Shown in pieces: positions 63,850-64,000 of a stretch of 64,000 nucleotides of DNA. Location of the stretch: positions 29,532,048-29,596,047 of the forward strand of contig NC_083409.1 in NCBI RefSeq assembly GCF_020745735.1. The letters run 5' to 3'. Below the pieces are notes generated by a model that was not told the origin of the DNA, did no database searches, and saw only the letters and a program-made list of their open reading frames with translations. Source of the stretch: Hemiscyllium ocellatum (Eukaryota). Position 1 is the stretch's first letter; every line of letters begins with the position of its first letter. A program made the position numbers and the translations under genes.

Positions 63850-64000
63850 ATTAGAGTGGTGCTGGAAAAGCACAGCAGGTCAGGCAGCTTCCGAGGAGCA
63901 GGAAAATCGACGTTTCGGTCAAAAACCCTTCATCAGGAATAGAGCTTTTCTCAAGTGGGAGGATTCGACGGAGAAATTGTTAAGGGTGAGGACCAGTTCA
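63850..64000 (-). mobile_element. Penelope pLTR fused directly to an RT-domain segment (runs off window)
   Basis: pLTR 63850-63945; 63953-64000 (-) translates ELVLTLNNFSVESSH, matching the RT motif at ~33765-33810. Confidence 0.85.
63905..63940 (-). ncRNA. Minimal type-I hammerhead motif (core intact)
   Basis: AUUC-CUGAUGA-A-GGGUUUUUGACC-GAAA-CGUC|GAUU. Confidence 0.75.

Overview
Eukaryotic, AT-rich, repeat-dominated vertebrate DNA. The repeat repertoire (HE1/V-SINEs, SacSINE1-like DeuSINEs, abundant CR1 LINEs, Penelope-like elements) points to a cartilaginous fish (shark). One assembly gap lies at 788-923. Almost all listed ORFs are decayed retroelement fragments or noise. The only credible host coding sequence is a candidate (alternative) first exon at 62655-63219 (+), with CRE/ETS motifs upstream and a phase-1 splice donor; I cannot name the gene. 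The window probably lies in a long intron or 5' region of a + strand gene. The most notable signal is a set of about ten minimal type-I hammerhead ribozyme motifs carried by Penelope pseudo-LTRs. It includes ~200-250-bp TSD-flanked fold-back mini-elements, one with two back-to-back hammerheads on opposite strands. Five rearrangement junctions map at the 5' edge of the ribozyme. Also present: a locally templated inverted insertion, several nested insertions, a solo LTR, a Tigger-like MITE, a diverged local duplication and candidate enhancers. Repeat family names come from recalled consensus motifs, not database searches, and boundaries of old repeats are approximate.
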